Shown piece by piece: positions 19,111 through 29,124 of a stretch of 61,819 nucleotides of DNA (position 1 is the stretch's first letter; each line of letters begins with the position of its first letter). Both the position numbers and the translations under genes were made by a program. Origin of the DNA: Chitinophagales bacterium (GTDB lineage Bacteria > Bacillota > UBA5301 > DYFA01). The stretch covers positions 1 through 61,819 of the forward strand of contig JBLNBQ010000179.1 of the NCBI GenBank assembly GCA_050260095.1, read 5' to 3'. The notes beneath the pieces were generated by a model, which ran no database searches, was not told where the DNA came from, and was given only the letters and a program-made list of their open reading frames with translations.

Positions 19111-21117
19111 ATGCGGTCAGCCAGTCGTCCTCCCTCTGTCATCAGGCCAATTCTCGCCGGAATGCTCACGCTCGCAGTCATGCTGGGCGCCGTTGGCGTT
19201 TCCGCCAGGGCCGCGCTCCTGCCTCCCGCTCCTCCTTCCAATCTCACTCTTGTCTTCAACGGGGAAACCCAAGCGAACCAAGGACGATTGGTGGGCGGGG
19301 TGATCCTCGTCCCGCTCGAGGCCCTGACGCGCCAGTTCGCCATCGCCTCGGGCTACCTTCAGGAGACGCGCACCCTCCGGCTGGAGTCTTTCGGCAAGGT
19401 GGTCTATCTCACTCTCGGCAACAAGGTCGCGCTGGCCGACGGGAAGAGTCTCAAGCTCGTGGAACCGGCTCAGCTCTTCGATGGCCGCATCTACGTCCCG
19501 CTCCGCTTCTTGGGCGAGCTGTTGGGCCTGGAGGTCGTCTACTCCGCCCGCGAGAGACGGGTCGAGGTCCGAGGTCCCGAATACGGTGTCACGGCGGTCG
19601 CTTTCGGAATGCAAGACGGGCGGCCGGCGGTGACCATCGATGCCACTCGCCCGCCCTCGGTGCGGCCGAGCCTCAAGCGCAACCCGCTCCGGGTGGTCTT
19701 GGACGTCGAAGGCGGGCGGCTCGCCGTGGCGCCCGGCACCACCAGCACCCAGGATCCGGTGGCGCCCAAGCTTGCGTGGGCCCAGCCCCGTCCCGATCTC
19801 GCCCAGGTCACCATCACCCTTGGCCGGGAGGTCGGCTATGAGCTGGTGCAGGACGGCTCCCGCTTCACGCTGCTCTTTCCGCCGGAAGTCAGGAGCGCTG
19901 CCCTGGTGACCCGCGACGGGCGCCGGTACCTGACCGTCGACGCCACCGCCCCGGTGAAGGCGAACGTCTCGCGGCTGTCCAACCCCGACCGGCTGGTCGT
20001 CGATTTCCCGGGCGCCGCGCTGGCCGGACCCGCCCGGATCGAGGTCGGCGACGCGTGGGTGGACAACCTCCGGCTCGGACAACTCGATGCGAGCACGGTG
20101 CGGGTCGTCGCGACGCTGGCGGGACCGCTCGGCTTCCGGGAGGAAGCCCTGCCGGACAGCGACCGCCCGCCCGCCACTATGTGGTCGGCTCATCTCTACA
20201 ACCGGGTGACCAAGCTGGAAACAGCCACCTTGCGCGACCGGAGCCAGGTCAGGATGGCCTTGGCGGTTCCGGCCGTCCCCGCGGTGGCCGTCGACCGGAA
20301 AGCGGGGCGGCTCTCGGTGAGTCTTTCGGAGACATTGGGGGAGGGACTCCCCTCCGAACTGGCCGTGGGCGACGGAACGGTGAGCCGGGTGCGGCTTGAG
20401 ACAGCCGGCCCTCCCAACCTGCAGGTGGCGCTGGACCTTCCGTACTACGTCGGGCACCAGGTCCTGGCGGAGACGCCGCGGGTGGCCGTGGTCGAGGTCA
20501 GCCGCTCCCCGGTCTATCGCCAGAAGATCTACCTCGATCCCGGGCACGGAGGGAGTGACCCGGGGGCAATCGGCCCCGGCGGGCTTCAGGAGAAAGAGGT
20601 CAACCTCGACGTCGCCCTCCGGGTGCGCGACCTGCTCACCGACGCGGGCGCCTTGGTGAGCCTCTCCCGGGAGACCGACGCCTTCATCCCGCTTCACGAC
20701 CGGCCGAAGGACGCCAACGACCGCCAGGTCGCCGCGTTCGTCAGCCTGCACCACAATGCCAGCCTGCGCAAGGATACCGGCACGGAGGTCTACTACCACC
20801 CCGAACACGGGGCCAGCAGGGACTTGGCGGTGGAGGTCCAGCGCCGGGTGCCCGAGGCGCTCGGCCTGCTCAATCGGGGCATCAAGATCAGCCGCGAGTT
20901 CGTCGTGCTGAAGGAGACCACCATGCCGGCCATCCTCGTCGAAGGAGGATTCATCTCCAACCCCGATGAGGAGAAGCGCTTGGCCGACCCCGCCTTCCGG
21001 CAGAAGGAGGCCGCCGCGGTGGCCGAGGGGATCATCGCTTTCTTCCGCGCCCAACTGGAGCTGCCCGCACCGCCCGCCGCTCCTCTCGCGACCGCCGCTG
21101 CCGACCCCGCCCGCTGA
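19111..21117 (+). CDS. N-acetylmuramoyl-L-alanine amidase (signal peptide, Cu-amine-oxidase-N-like stalk, AMIN domains, Amidase_3); start uncertain
   Basis: GRIYVPLRF; NPLRVVLD and NPDRLVVDF (AMIN); YLDPGHGGSDPGA, EKEVNL, SLHHNA, PAILVE. Confidence 0.9.
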   Translation: MRSASRPPSVIRPILAGMLTLAVMLGAVGVSARAALLPPAPPSNLTLVFNGETQANQGRLVGGVILVPLEALTRQFAIASGYLQETRTLRLESFGKVVYLTLGNKVALADGKSLKLVEPAQLFDGRIYVPLRFLGELLGLEVVYSARERRVEVRGPEYGVTAVAFGMQDGRPAVTIDATRPPSVRPSLKRNPLRVVLDVEGGRLAVAPGTTSTQDPVAPKLAWAQPRPDLAQVTITLGREVGYELVQDGSRFTLLFPPEVRSAALVTRDGRRYLTVDATAPVKANVSRLSNPDRLVVDFPGAALAGPARIEVGDAWVDNLRLGQLDASTVRVVATLAGPLGFREEALPDSDRPPATMWSAHLYNRVTKLETATLRDRSQVRMALAVPAVPAVAVDRKAGRLSVSLSETLGEGLPSELAVGDGTVSRVRLETAGPPNLQVALDLPYYVGHQVLAETPRVAVVEVSRSPVYRQKIYLDPGHGGSDPGAIGPGGLQEKEVNLDVALRVRDLLTDAGALVSLSRETDAFIPLHDRPKDANDRQVAAFVSLHHNASLRKDTGTEVYYHPEHGASRDLAVEVQRRVPEALGLLNRGIKISREFVVLKETTMPAILVEGGFISNPDEEKRLADPAFRQKEAAAVAEGIIAFFRAQLELPAPPAAPLATAAADPAR

Positions 21118-21191
21118 CCGTCCCCCCGACGCCCGGCCGAAGCGGACCCGTGTTCTTGCTGCACCCCGAGAGGCCATTCGCCCTGGCAGCG

Positions 21192-21200
21192 TGATATAAT
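21192..21200 (+). promoter_or_regulatory. Extended -10 promoter upstream of murI
   Basis: TG-A-TATAAT, 42 bp before the murI ATG. Confidence 0.55.
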
Positions 21201-21242
21201 AACGGAGGCCGGGGGAGCGTTCACAAAGGAGAAATCTGCCAC

Positions 21243-22070
21243 ATGCTGAATAACCCAGCGGATGGGCCGATCGGCGTCTTCGACTCCGGGTTCGGAGGGT
21301 TGACGGTGGTCCAGGCGATCTGGCGTCACTTGCCTCTGGAGCATGTCCTTTACGTCGGCGACACGGCCCGCGTGCCATACGGTGGGCGGGAGCCCAAGGA
21401 AATCCGCAGCTTCAACCGGGAGATTCTCCGCTTCCTGGTCCAGGAAGGCTGTAAGCTGGTGGTTTTCGCCTGCAACACCTCTTCGGCGCTGGCCTTCGCC
21501 GAGATGGAGCGGGAATTCGACCTGCCCATGGTCGAGGTCATCACGCCTGGGGCCAAAGCGGCGGCGGCCGCCTCACGCAACGGTCGCATCGGGCTGTGGG
21601 CAACGGAGGCGACCGTGCGGAGCGGCGCATACGCCAGAGCGGTCAAGGCCCAGCGGCCCGACGCCGAGATCGTTCAGGTGGCCTGCCCGCGGCTGGTTCC
21701 CCTCATCGAGGGAGGGCGGGCGGCGTCGCCCGACGTACAAGAGGCCGTACAGGAATATGCCGGCCCGATCCGGCGAGCCGGCGTCGACACGCTCATCCTG
21801 GGGTGCACGCACTATCCCTTCCTGGCGCCTTTCATCCGGGAAGCGCTGGGCGATGGGGTCGCGCTCGTGAACCCGGCCGAGGAAACGGCCCGGCGGACGG
21901 GAGAAGTCCTGCGCCTGAGCGGGCTCAGCGCCACTCACCGGCAAGACGACCGGTTCTGCACGTCGGGCGATGCGGAGGTCTTCCAGAACCTGGGGAGCGT
22001 GTTGGCCGGCCGGCCGTTGGCGCAGGTGGAGCAGGTGGCTTTTTCCTCCCAACTCGGAGTCACCGGTTGA
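21243..22070 (+). CDS. murI: Glutamate racemase
   Basis: IGVFDSGFGGLTV, DTARVPYG, ACNTSS, LGCTHYP. Confidence 0.95.
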   Translation: MLNNPADGPIGVFDSGFGGLTVVQAIWRHLPLEHVLYVGDTARVPYGGREPKEIRSFNREILRFLVQEGCKLVVFACNTSSALAFAEMEREFDLPMVEVITPGAKAAAAASRNGRIGLWATEATVRSGAYARAVKAQRPDAEIVQVACPRLVPLIEGGRAASPDVQEAVQEYAGPIRRAGVDTLILGCTHYPFLAPFIREALGDGVALVNPAEETARRTGEVLRLSGLSATHRQDDRFCTSGDAEVFQNLGSVLAGRPLAQVEQVAFSSQLGVTG

Positions 22071-22095
22071 GGCAAGATGGGGGTAGAGGGCAGAG

Positions 22096-22533
22096 ATGGC
22101 GGTGACGACCAACCAGAAGACCATCGTGATGGGAGTCATCGGCGCCGACGTGCACGCGATCGGCAACAAGATACTGGAACATGCGTTCCGCGACGCCGGG
22201 TTCAGAGTGGTGAACCTCGGCGTCCTTGTGTCTCAGGAGGAGTTCGTACACGCGGCCATCGAGACGGCCGCCGATGTCCTGGCCGTCTCTTCGCTCTACG
22301 GCCACGGGGAGATCGACTGCCGCGGGCTCAAGGAGAAGTGCCGGGAGGCCGGGCTTGACCGCCTCCTGCTGTACGTGGGCGGGAACCTGGTCGTGGGGAA
22401 GCAAGACTGGAAGGAGACCGAGGCCAAGTTCCGCGCCATGGGCTTCGACCGCGTCTTTCCGCCGGGAACCCTGCCTGAGCAGGCCATCGCGGCGTTGCGG
22501 CGCGACCTGGGGCTCCCCGGAGGTGAAGCGTAG
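22096..22533 (+). CDS. mamA: Methylaspartate (glutamate) mutase, B12-binding S subunit
   Basis: [12 protein letters not shown] (DxH), [21 protein letters not shown]. Confidence 0.95.
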   Translation: MAVTTNQKTIVMGVIGADVHAIGNKILEHAFRDAGFRVVNLGVLVSQEEFVHAAIETAADVLAVSSLYGHGEIDCRGLKEKCREAGLDRLLLYVGGNLVVGKQDWKETEAKFRAMGFDRVFPPGTLPEQAIAALRRDLGLPGGEA

Positions 22534-23900
22534 TGGATTTCGAAGGCAAGAGGGTCGCGGTCGTCGGCCTGGGGGTCTCGAACCTCCCGCTGATTCGCTT
22601 CCTGAAGGCGAAAGGCGCGCACGTCACCGGGTGCGACAAGAAGAGCCTGGACGAACTCGCCGCACGCGTTCCCCTGATCCAGGAGCTTGACTGCCGCCTC
22701 GACCTTGGCCCCGGCTATCTCGCCTCGCTCAGCGAGCACGAGGTGATCTTCCTCACGCCCGGGATGCGCAAGAACCTGCCGGAGATCGCCCGGGCCCGCG
22801 CGGCGGGGGCGATCATCTCCAGCGAGATCAGCCTCGTCTTCGAGCTTTGCCGCGCGCCCATCCTGGGGATCACGGGTTCGAGCGGGAAGACCACCACGAC
22901 GATGCTCTGCGGGCGCATCCTGGAGACCAACGGCGACCAGGTATTCGTCGGCGGGAACATCGGCCGGCCCCTGATCGAAATCGCAGAGCAGATTCCGGCG
23001 ACCGCCAAGGTCGTCCTCGAACTCTCCAGCTTCCAGTTGGAGGAGTTGGCCCACAGCCCGCATCTGAGCATCGTCACCAACATCACGCCCAACCATCTGG
23101 ACCAGCACGCTTCCATGGAAGAGTACGTGGAGGCGAAAAAACACATCTACCGCCACCAGACGCCTGGCGACGCCTGCATCCTCAACTTCGACGACCCGAC
23201 CACCCGGGCGATGCAGCACGACTGCCCCGGGCGGGTCGCCTTCTTCAGCCGGCGGACGGAGCTTGACGAAGGGGCGTTCGTCCGCCACGGCGACCTCCTG
23301 CTCCGCTGGGCGGGCCGGGAAGAACGGATCTGTTCCCGGGATGAACTCAAGCTGCTCGGCGAACACAACGTCGAGAACGTGCTGGCGGCTTCTCTCGCCA
23401 CCCACCTCTTCGGCGCCCGGACTGCCGCCGTGCACGAGGCGGTCACGACCTTCACCGGCGCGCCGCATCGCTTGGAGTTCGTCCGGGAGGTCTCCGGGGT
23501 CCGCTACTACAACGACTCCATCGCGACGACGCCCAGCCGGGCCATGGCGGCCTTGAGCTCCTTCGACCAGCCCATCGTGCTCATCGCGGGCGGATACGAC
23601 AAGAAGATCCCCTTCGACGAATTCGCCCGGCTCGCGGTGCGGAAGGTCAAGGCGGTCGTGGTCCTGGGCGTCACCGCCGGGCTCATCGAGGAGGCCATCC
23701 GCCGGGCCGCCGCCGAGGGTTCCGCCAGGCTCCCCATCATCGTGCGCGCCGGCGGCTTCGACGAGGCGGTGAGGGAGGCGGCGCATCTCGCGGCGCCAGG
23801 CGATGTGGTGCTGCTGTCGCCGGCCTGCGCCAGTTACGACATGTTCAACAATTTCGAGGAGCGGGGCCAGCGGTTCCGCGACCTGGTGCGGGGGTTGTAG
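22533..23900 (+). CDS. murD: UDP-N-acetylmuramoyl-L-alanine--D-glutamate ligase
   Basis: GLGVSN, GITGSSGKTTT, LELSSFQL, NITPNHLD, HRLE, YNDS, LLSPACASYDMF..FEERG. Confidence 0.93.
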   Translation: MDFEGKRVAVVGLGVSNLPLIRFLKAKGAHVTGCDKKSLDELAARVPLIQELDCRLDLGPGYLASLSEHEVIFLTPGMRKNLPEIARARAAGAIISSEISLVFELCRAPILGITGSSGKTTTTMLCGRILETNGDQVFVGGNIGRPLIEIAEQIPATAKVVLELSSFQLEELAHSPHLSIVTNITPNHLDQHASMEEYVEAKKHIYRHQTPGDACILNFDDPTTRAMQHDCPGRVAFFSRRTELDEGAFVRHGDLLLRWAGREERICSRDELKLLGEHNVENVLAASLATHLFGARTAAVHEAVTTFTGAPHRLEFVREVSGVRYYNDSIATTPSRAMAALSSFDQPIVLIAGGYDKKIPFDEFARLAVRKVKAVVVLGVTAGLIEEAIRRAAAEGSARLPIIVRAGGFDEAVREAAHLAAPGDVVLLSPACASYDMFNNFEERGQRFRDLVRGL

Positions 23901-23901
23901 C

Positions 23902-25323
23902 GTGACCGGTGCGGGGGAGCGGGTCCTCCTCGTAGACTTCGGGAGCACCTTCACCAAGCTGACGGCGGTCGAGACCGGCGCGCCGCGCCTGCTCGGCAAC
24001 GCCCAGGCGCCCACCACGGTGGCTCAAGGCATCATGCTGGGCTTCCGCGCCGCCTTGGACAAGCTGACCGCCCTCACCGGGCTTGGGCTGGGCGATTTTG
24101 CGCGCACCCTGGTCGCCTCCTCCGCCGCCGGCGGCCTGCGGATGGTCGCGGTGGGGCTGGTGCCCGAACTCACGGTCGAGGCCGCCCGGCGGGCCGCCCT
24201 GGGCGCCGGCGCCAAACTGCTCGGCGGGTTCGCCTACGAGTTGATTCCCGACGACTTGGAGCGGATGGCCGCCCTCTCGCCCGACCTGATCCTCCTGGCC
24301 GGCGGGACCGACGGAGGCAACAAGGAGGTCATCCTGCACAACGCCGCGGTGCTGGCCCGCTCACGGCTCACCGCTCCCATCATCGTGGCCGGGAACCGCT
24401 GCGTGGCCCCGGAGGTGCTCCGCGTGCTCAGCGAGGGCGGCAAGGAGGCCCGGGTCACGGAAAACGTCATGCCCGAACTCGACCAGCTCAACGTCGAACC
24501 CGCCCGCCGGGCCATCCGGGCGCTCTTTTTGGAGCGCATCATCGAGGCCAAGGGTCTCGAGGCCGTCCGCGACCTGGCCGGCGGGCAGGTCATCCCCACG
24601 CCCGCCGCCGTCCTCCAGGCCGCCGAACTGTTAGCCAGAGGACTTCCCGGGGAGCCGGGGTTCGGCGACCTCATGGTGATCGATCCGGGGGGCGCCACGA
24701 CCGACGTGCACTCGCTCAGCAAGGGGGAGCCGACCCGGCCGAACGTGGCCTGGAAAGGCCTGCCGGAGCCCTTCGCCAAGCGGACCGTCGAAGGCGACCT
24801 GGGGCTTCGGGTCTCGGCGGTGGCGGCCGTGGAGGCGGTGGGCGAGGAGCGCCTGCGTCGCCTGATGAACGACCCGACCTACCCGGCGGCGGAGCGGGCG
24901 GCGACTCTGGCCAAGGCGACGGAGGCGCTGCCGGAGGATGCCCGCGACCGGGCCTTCGACCTGGCCTTGGCCCGGGCCTGCGTCGAGCTGGCGGTGAGCC
25001 GCCACGCCGGCCGGCTGGAGACGCTCTACACGCCCATGGGCGTTTCGTACCTCCAAAAGGGGAAGGACCTGACCGGGCTCAAAGTGGTCATCGGCACCGG
25101 GGGGCCGATCATCCGGGCGGCCGACCCGGCCTGGGTGCTGGCGGGGGCGTGTTTCGACCCGGCCGAACCAGACCTGCTGCGCCCGGAGCACCCCGACCTG
25201 CTGCTCGACCGCGACTACCTTCTGTCGGGGCTGGGCCTCTTGGCGGAGCATGACCCGCAAGCGGCCCTCCGGCTCGCCAAGCTGCACCTTACCCCCTGTC
25301 CGGCGCCCACGAGGCCAGCCTGA
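23902..25323 (+). CDS. glmL: Glutamate mutase accessory protein GlmL/MutL
   Basis: DFGSTFTK, SSAAGGL, AGGTDGG, DPGGATTDVHS, KRTVEGDLG. GTG start 1 nt after the murD stop. Confidence 0.92.
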   Translation: MTGAGERVLLVDFGSTFTKLTAVETGAPRLLGNAQAPTTVAQGIMLGFRAALDKLTALTGLGLGDFARTLVASSAAGGLRMVAVGLVPELTVEAARRAALGAGAKLLGGFAYELIPDDLERMAALSPDLILLAGGTDGGNKEVILHNAAVLARSRLTAPIIVAGNRCVAPEVLRVLSEGGKEARVTENVMPELDQLNVEPARRAIRALFLERIIEAKGLEAVRDLAGGQVIPTPAAVLQAAELLARGLPGEPGFGDLMVIDPGGATTDVHSLSKGEPTRPNVAWKGLPEPFAKRTVEGDLGLRVSAVAAVEAVGEERLRRLMNDPTYPAAERAATLAKATEALPEDARDRAFDLALARACVELAVSRHAGRLETLYTPMGVSYLQKGKDLTGLKVVIGTGGPIIRAADPAWVLAGACFDPAEPDLLRPEHPDLLLDRDYLLSGLGLLAEHDPQAALRLAKLHLTPCPAPTRPA

Positions 25324-25359
25324 GCCGTCCGACGGGTCCTTAGAGGGAGGAAGAACCCG

Positions 25360-26811
25360 ATGCCTGCGAGTAACGTCCGTCTGCCTGAAGATCAGTTCCT
25401 GGCCGCCCGCCAGGAGGTGCTCCCGGCTTGGCCGACGGGGGCCGAAGTCGACCTGGAGGAGGCCGTTTCATTTCACCGGAGCCTACCCCCGGCCAAGCTC
25501 TTTGCCGAGCGGCTCCGCGTGGCACAGCAGCGCGGGGAGACGCTCTGCCAGCCGCGCGCCGGCGTCGCTATCCTCGGGGAGCACATCAAGCTGCTCCAGT
25601 ACCTGCAAGACGAAGGCGAGGCCGACCTCCTCCCCTCGACCATCGACTCGTACACCCGCCAGAATCGCTACCGGGAGGCCCAGGCCGGGATCGAGGAGTC
25701 GGTGAAGCTCGGCCGTTCGATGCTCAACGGTTTGCCGGCGGTGAACTACGGGGTCGCCGCCTGCCGCTCCATCGTGGAAAGCCTGAACGTCCCCGTCCAG
25801 GTCCGGCACGGCACCCCGGACGCGCGCCTCTTGGCCGAGATCACCCTGGCGGCCGGCTTCACCGCCTTCGAGGGCGGGGGCATCTCCTACAACATCCCGT
25901 ACGCGAAAGACGTGCCGCTGGAGCGATCGATCGCCGACTGGCAGTACGTCGACCGGTTGTGCGGCTGGTATGCGGAACGCGGCATCGTCATCAACCGGGA
26001 GCCGTTCGGGCCGCTCACCGGCACCTTGGTCGAGCCGTCCCTTTCCCACGCGGTGGGGATCATCGAAGCGCTGCTCGCCGCGGAGCAGGGGGTGCGGAGT
26101 CTGACCCTTGGCTACGGCCAGTGCGGCAACCTGCTGCAGGACGTGGCCGCCGTCCTCACGCTTGGTGAATTGGCCCAAGAGTACCTCGCCCGCTTCGGCC
26201 ATACCGGGGTCGAGGTGACGACCGTCTTCCACCAGTGGATGGGCGGTTTCCCCCAAGACGAAGCCCGGGCCTTCGGTGTGATCGCCTGGGGGGCGGCCAC
26301 CGCGGCCTTGGCCAAAGCGACCAAGGTCATCGTGAAGACGCCCCACGAGGCGCTCGGCATCCCCACGCCGGAGGCCAACGCGGCCGGGCTCAAGGCGACC
26401 AAGCAGGTGCTCAAGATGCTGCGCGACCAGAGCCTCTCCGGCACCGCGGAGTTCCAGGCCGAATGCGACCTCATCCGGCGGGAGACTCGCAGCCTCTTGG
26501 AGCGGGTTCTGGAACTGGGCGAGGGTGACGTGGCGCAGGGGGCCGTGCGGGCCTTCGCAGCCGGGGTGCTCGATGTGCCGTTCGCCCCGAGCCGCTTCAA
26601 CGCCGGCCGGATCATGCCGGCCCGCGACGACACCGGTGCGGTCAGGTTCCTGGAGTTCGGCAACCTGCCGTTCGATGAGGAGATCAAGCGGTTCCACCGT
26701 GACCGGATTGCCGCCCGGGGAGCGAGGGAGAATCGCTCCCCCAGCTTCCAGATGGTCATCGATGATGTCTATGCCATCGGGAAGGGCATGTTAGTGGGGC
26801 GTCCGCGCTGA
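25360..26811 (+). CDS. glmE: Methylaspartate (glutamate) mutase E subunit
   Basis: [50 protein letters not shown]. Confidence 0.96.
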   Translation: MPASNVRLPEDQFLAARQEVLPAWPTGAEVDLEEAVSFHRSLPPAKLFAERLRVAQQRGETLCQPRAGVAILGEHIKLLQYLQDEGEADLLPSTIDSYTRQNRYREAQAGIEESVKLGRSMLNGLPAVNYGVAACRSIVESLNVPVQVRHGTPDARLLAEITLAAGFTAFEGGGISYNIPYAKDVPLERSIADWQYVDRLCGWYAERGIVINREPFGPLTGTLVEPSLSHAVGIIEALLAAEQGVRSLTLGYGQCGNLLQDVAAVLTLGELAQEYLARFGHTGVEVTTVFHQWMGGFPQDEARAFGVIAWGAATAALAKATKVIVKTPHEALGIPTPEANAAGLKATKQVLKMLRDQSLSGTAEFQAECDLIRRETRSLLERVLELGEGDVAQGAVRAFAAGVLDVPFAPSRFNAGRIMPARDDTGAVRFLEFGNLPFDEEIKRFHRDRIAARGARENRSPSFQMVIDDVYAIGKGMLVGRPR

Positions 26812-26895
26812 TGGGCCGGTCTCAAGCAGGGAAACGGAGCCCGGTGGGAGAAAGATGAATACTGTATACAAGTGGCGATAGGGGAGGCAGTTGCG

Positions 26896-28158
26896 TTGAG
26901 CACCGACGTCACCATCGAACAGGTGATCCTTTCTCCCGGGCTATCAGGCTTCTATTTCGACGACCAGCGCGCTATCAAGGCCGGCGCCGAACAGAACGGG
27001 TTTTCCTATGAGGGCCAGCCGCTGACCCCCGGCTTCCGAGCGGTTCGCCAGGCCGGCGAATCCGTCTCCGTGCAGTTGGTCCTCTCCGACGGGCAGGTGG
27101 CCTACGGCGACTGCGCGGCGGTTCAGTATTCGGGCGTCGACGGGCGTGACCCGGTCTTCCTGGCCCGCGACTTCCTTCCGGTGATGGTCCAGGAAATCGT
27201 GCCGCTGCTGGTCGGGCGGGCGGCCACTGACTTCCGGCGCAACGCCGGCCTGGTCGACAAGCACCAGACCGGCACGGGCGAACGCCTCCACACGGCGATC
27301 CGCTACGGAGTGACCCAGGCCCTGCTCGACGCGGCCGCCCGCGCCCGCCACCTTACCATGGCGGAAGTGGTCGCGGCCGACTATGAAGGCTGCATCACTC
27401 CCTCGGCCCCGGTGGCCATCTTCGGCCAAAGCGGCGACGACCGCTACAACAACGCCGACAAGATGATCATCAAGCGCGCCGATGTGCTCCCCCACGGCCT
27501 CATCAACAACGTCGGCAAGCTTGGCCCTCAGGGAGAGAAGCTCGCCGACTACGTCCGCTGGCTGAACCATCGCATTCGGGAGCTGGGGGGCGAACACTAC
27601 CGGCCGACCATCCACCTCGACGTGTATGGCACCTTCGGGTTGGCCTTCGACAACGACCTGGACCGCATCGTGGGCTACATCGCCGAGCTGGAGAAGCTGG
27701 CCAAGCCGTATCCCCTGCGCATCGAAGGGCCGGTTGATCTCGGCAGCAAGCAGGCGCAGATCGACGCGTTGGCCGAACTCTGCCGGCGGCTCAGGAGCGC
27801 GGGCGTAAACGTGCAGATCGTGGCCGACGAGTGGTGCAACACCTACGAGGACGTGGTCGACTTCACCCAGGCCAAGGCGGGCGATATGGTCCAGATCAAG
27901 ACGCCCGACCTCGGCGGGATCAACAACTCCATCGAGGCGGTGCTCTATTGCCGGGCCAACGGCATGGGCGCCTACCTGGGCGGGACCTGCAACGAGACCG
28001 AACGGTCAGCCCAGATCTGCGTGCACGTCGCCCTGGCGACCCGGCCCGTCCAAATCCTGGCCAAGCCGGGCATGGGCGTCGACGAGGCGTTCGAAGTGGT
28101 CTACAACGAGATGCAGCGCACGATCGCTCTGGTGCGGGCGCGTCGCACCAGCCGGTAG
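26896..28158 (+). CDS. mal: Methylaspartate ammonia-lyase
   Basis: GFYFDDQRAIK, GDCAAVQYSG, QSGDDRY, PHGLINN, ADEWCNT, QIKTPDLG, GGTCNET. TTG start inferred from the RBS. Confidence 0.95.
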   Translation: MSTDVTIEQVILSPGLSGFYFDDQRAIKAGAEQNGFSYEGQPLTPGFRAVRQAGESVSVQLVLSDGQVAYGDCAAVQYSGVDGRDPVFLARDFLPVMVQEIVPLLVGRAATDFRRNAGLVDKHQTGTGERLHTAIRYGVTQALLDAAARARHLTMAEVVAADYEGCITPSAPVAIFGQSGDDRYNNADKMIIKRADVLPHGLINNVGKLGPQGEKLADYVRWLNHRIRELGGEHYRPTIHLDVYGTFGLAFDNDLDRIVGYIAELEKLAKPYPLRIEGPVDLGSKQAQIDALAELCRRLRSAGVNVQIVADEWCNTYEDVVDFTQAKAGDMVQIKTPDLGGINNSIEAVLYCRANGMGAYLGGTCNETERSAQICVHVALATRPVQILAKPGMGVDEAFEVVYNEMQRTIALVRARRTSR

Positions 28159-28191
28159 GCCTCGGGCCGGTCGCGGTAGGGGGGATAAGGC

Positions 28192-29124
28192 TTGTTCGTC
28201 GGGCTCGACCGGGCGGTTTACTTTGCCCCCCGGGGGCGGAAACGGCTCATGTTTCTGGGCAACCTGGTGGCGCAGCGCTACCTCAACCCGGAGGATCATC
28301 TCATCGGGCTGATCGGCGACGCAGGGGCGGGGAAATCCCTGCTCATCAGGGGAATGTTCCCCGGCCTCATCCTCACCAACGACGACGACGGGATCAACGT
28401 GCGCCCGGCGCCCATCCTGGCCGATGCCGAGGTGGGGTACTTCCGGACGCACACCTACCACCTCGACGTGCGCTTCGAGGCCGCCTTCACGCCATACCCG
28501 GTGATGGCCGCCGCCATCCAGGCCGCCCTCCGGCAGCATCGCCGGGTGGTGGTCGAGCACTTCGAACTGCTCTTTCCCACCCTCCAGATGAATGCGGAGG
28601 TGCTGATCGGGATCGGCGAGGAGGTCATGGTCTACCGGCCTGGCGTCTTTGGACCGCACCCGCAGCGCGTGGCCGATGTCGTCTTCGCCTCGCTCAAGTA
28701 CCGCAAAGCGGCCCACTCCGCGGAGGACCTGACGACCCTGGCTTTCGAGCAGTTGGGATACCCGGTCCCCGACGTCCATTCCGACGTCCGGCGGGGCTTC
28801 CTGCTCGAGTTCCCGCGCCCGCCCCGGGAGCTTGACCTCGATGCCATCGAGGCGACCGTGCGCGACTTCATCGCTCGCGACGTGCCGATATGCTACGAGG
28901 ATGACGAGCATATTAGGATTGGCGGCGTCCTTCATGCCTGTTCCGGGCCGCGCCTCCACGTCCGTTCGGCCGCGGAGATTGGCGATTTCCGGCTCATGAA
29001 GGATTTCCTCTATGATCCTATAACTCACCTGTATCTCCTGGCCGGGCTGGTCGGCGAGGCAGCCGTCCACCCGCCGGAGCCGGTGGGGCACAGCCCGGAG
29101 GAGGTTTTTCATGGAACGCCCTGA
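28192..29124 (+). CDS. P-loop domain fused to an AlaRS/ThrRS second-additional (editing-like) domain; function unknown
   Basis: [11 protein letters not shown] Walker A; C-terminal AHSAEDL and [12 protein letters not shown] resemble the HxxxH/CxxxH editing motifs. Confidence 0.65.
   Translation: MFVGLDRAVYFAPRGRKRLMFLGNLVAQRYLNPEDHLIGLIGDAGAGKSLLIRGMFPGLILTNDDDGINVRPAPILADAEVGYFRTHTYHLDVRFEAAFTPYPVMAAAIQAALRQHRRVVVEHFELLFPTLQMNAEVLIGIGEEVMVYRPGVFGPHPQRVADVVFASLKYRKAAHSAEDLTTLAFEQLGYPVPDVHSDVRRGFLLEFPRPPRELDLDAIEATVRDFIARDVPICYEDDEHIRIGGVLHACSGPRLHVRSAAEIGDFRLMKDFLYDPITHLYLLAGLVGEAAVHPPEPVGHSPEEVFHGTP

Noticed and set aside
18635-19343. ORFs 18635-18913 (+), 18852-19343 (-) and 19013-19303 (+) across the structured element
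   Set aside because: No recognisable motifs or convincing RBS. The sequence pattern is explained by RNA helices and by overlap with the amidase gene.
19117-21378. 753-aa minus-strand ORF and similar long antisense ORFs (5587-6972, 8114-9778, 22296-24017, 42204-44516, 45827-47575)
   Set aside because: These are shadow frames opposite well-supported genes, expected with high-GC codon bias, and have no motifs of their own.
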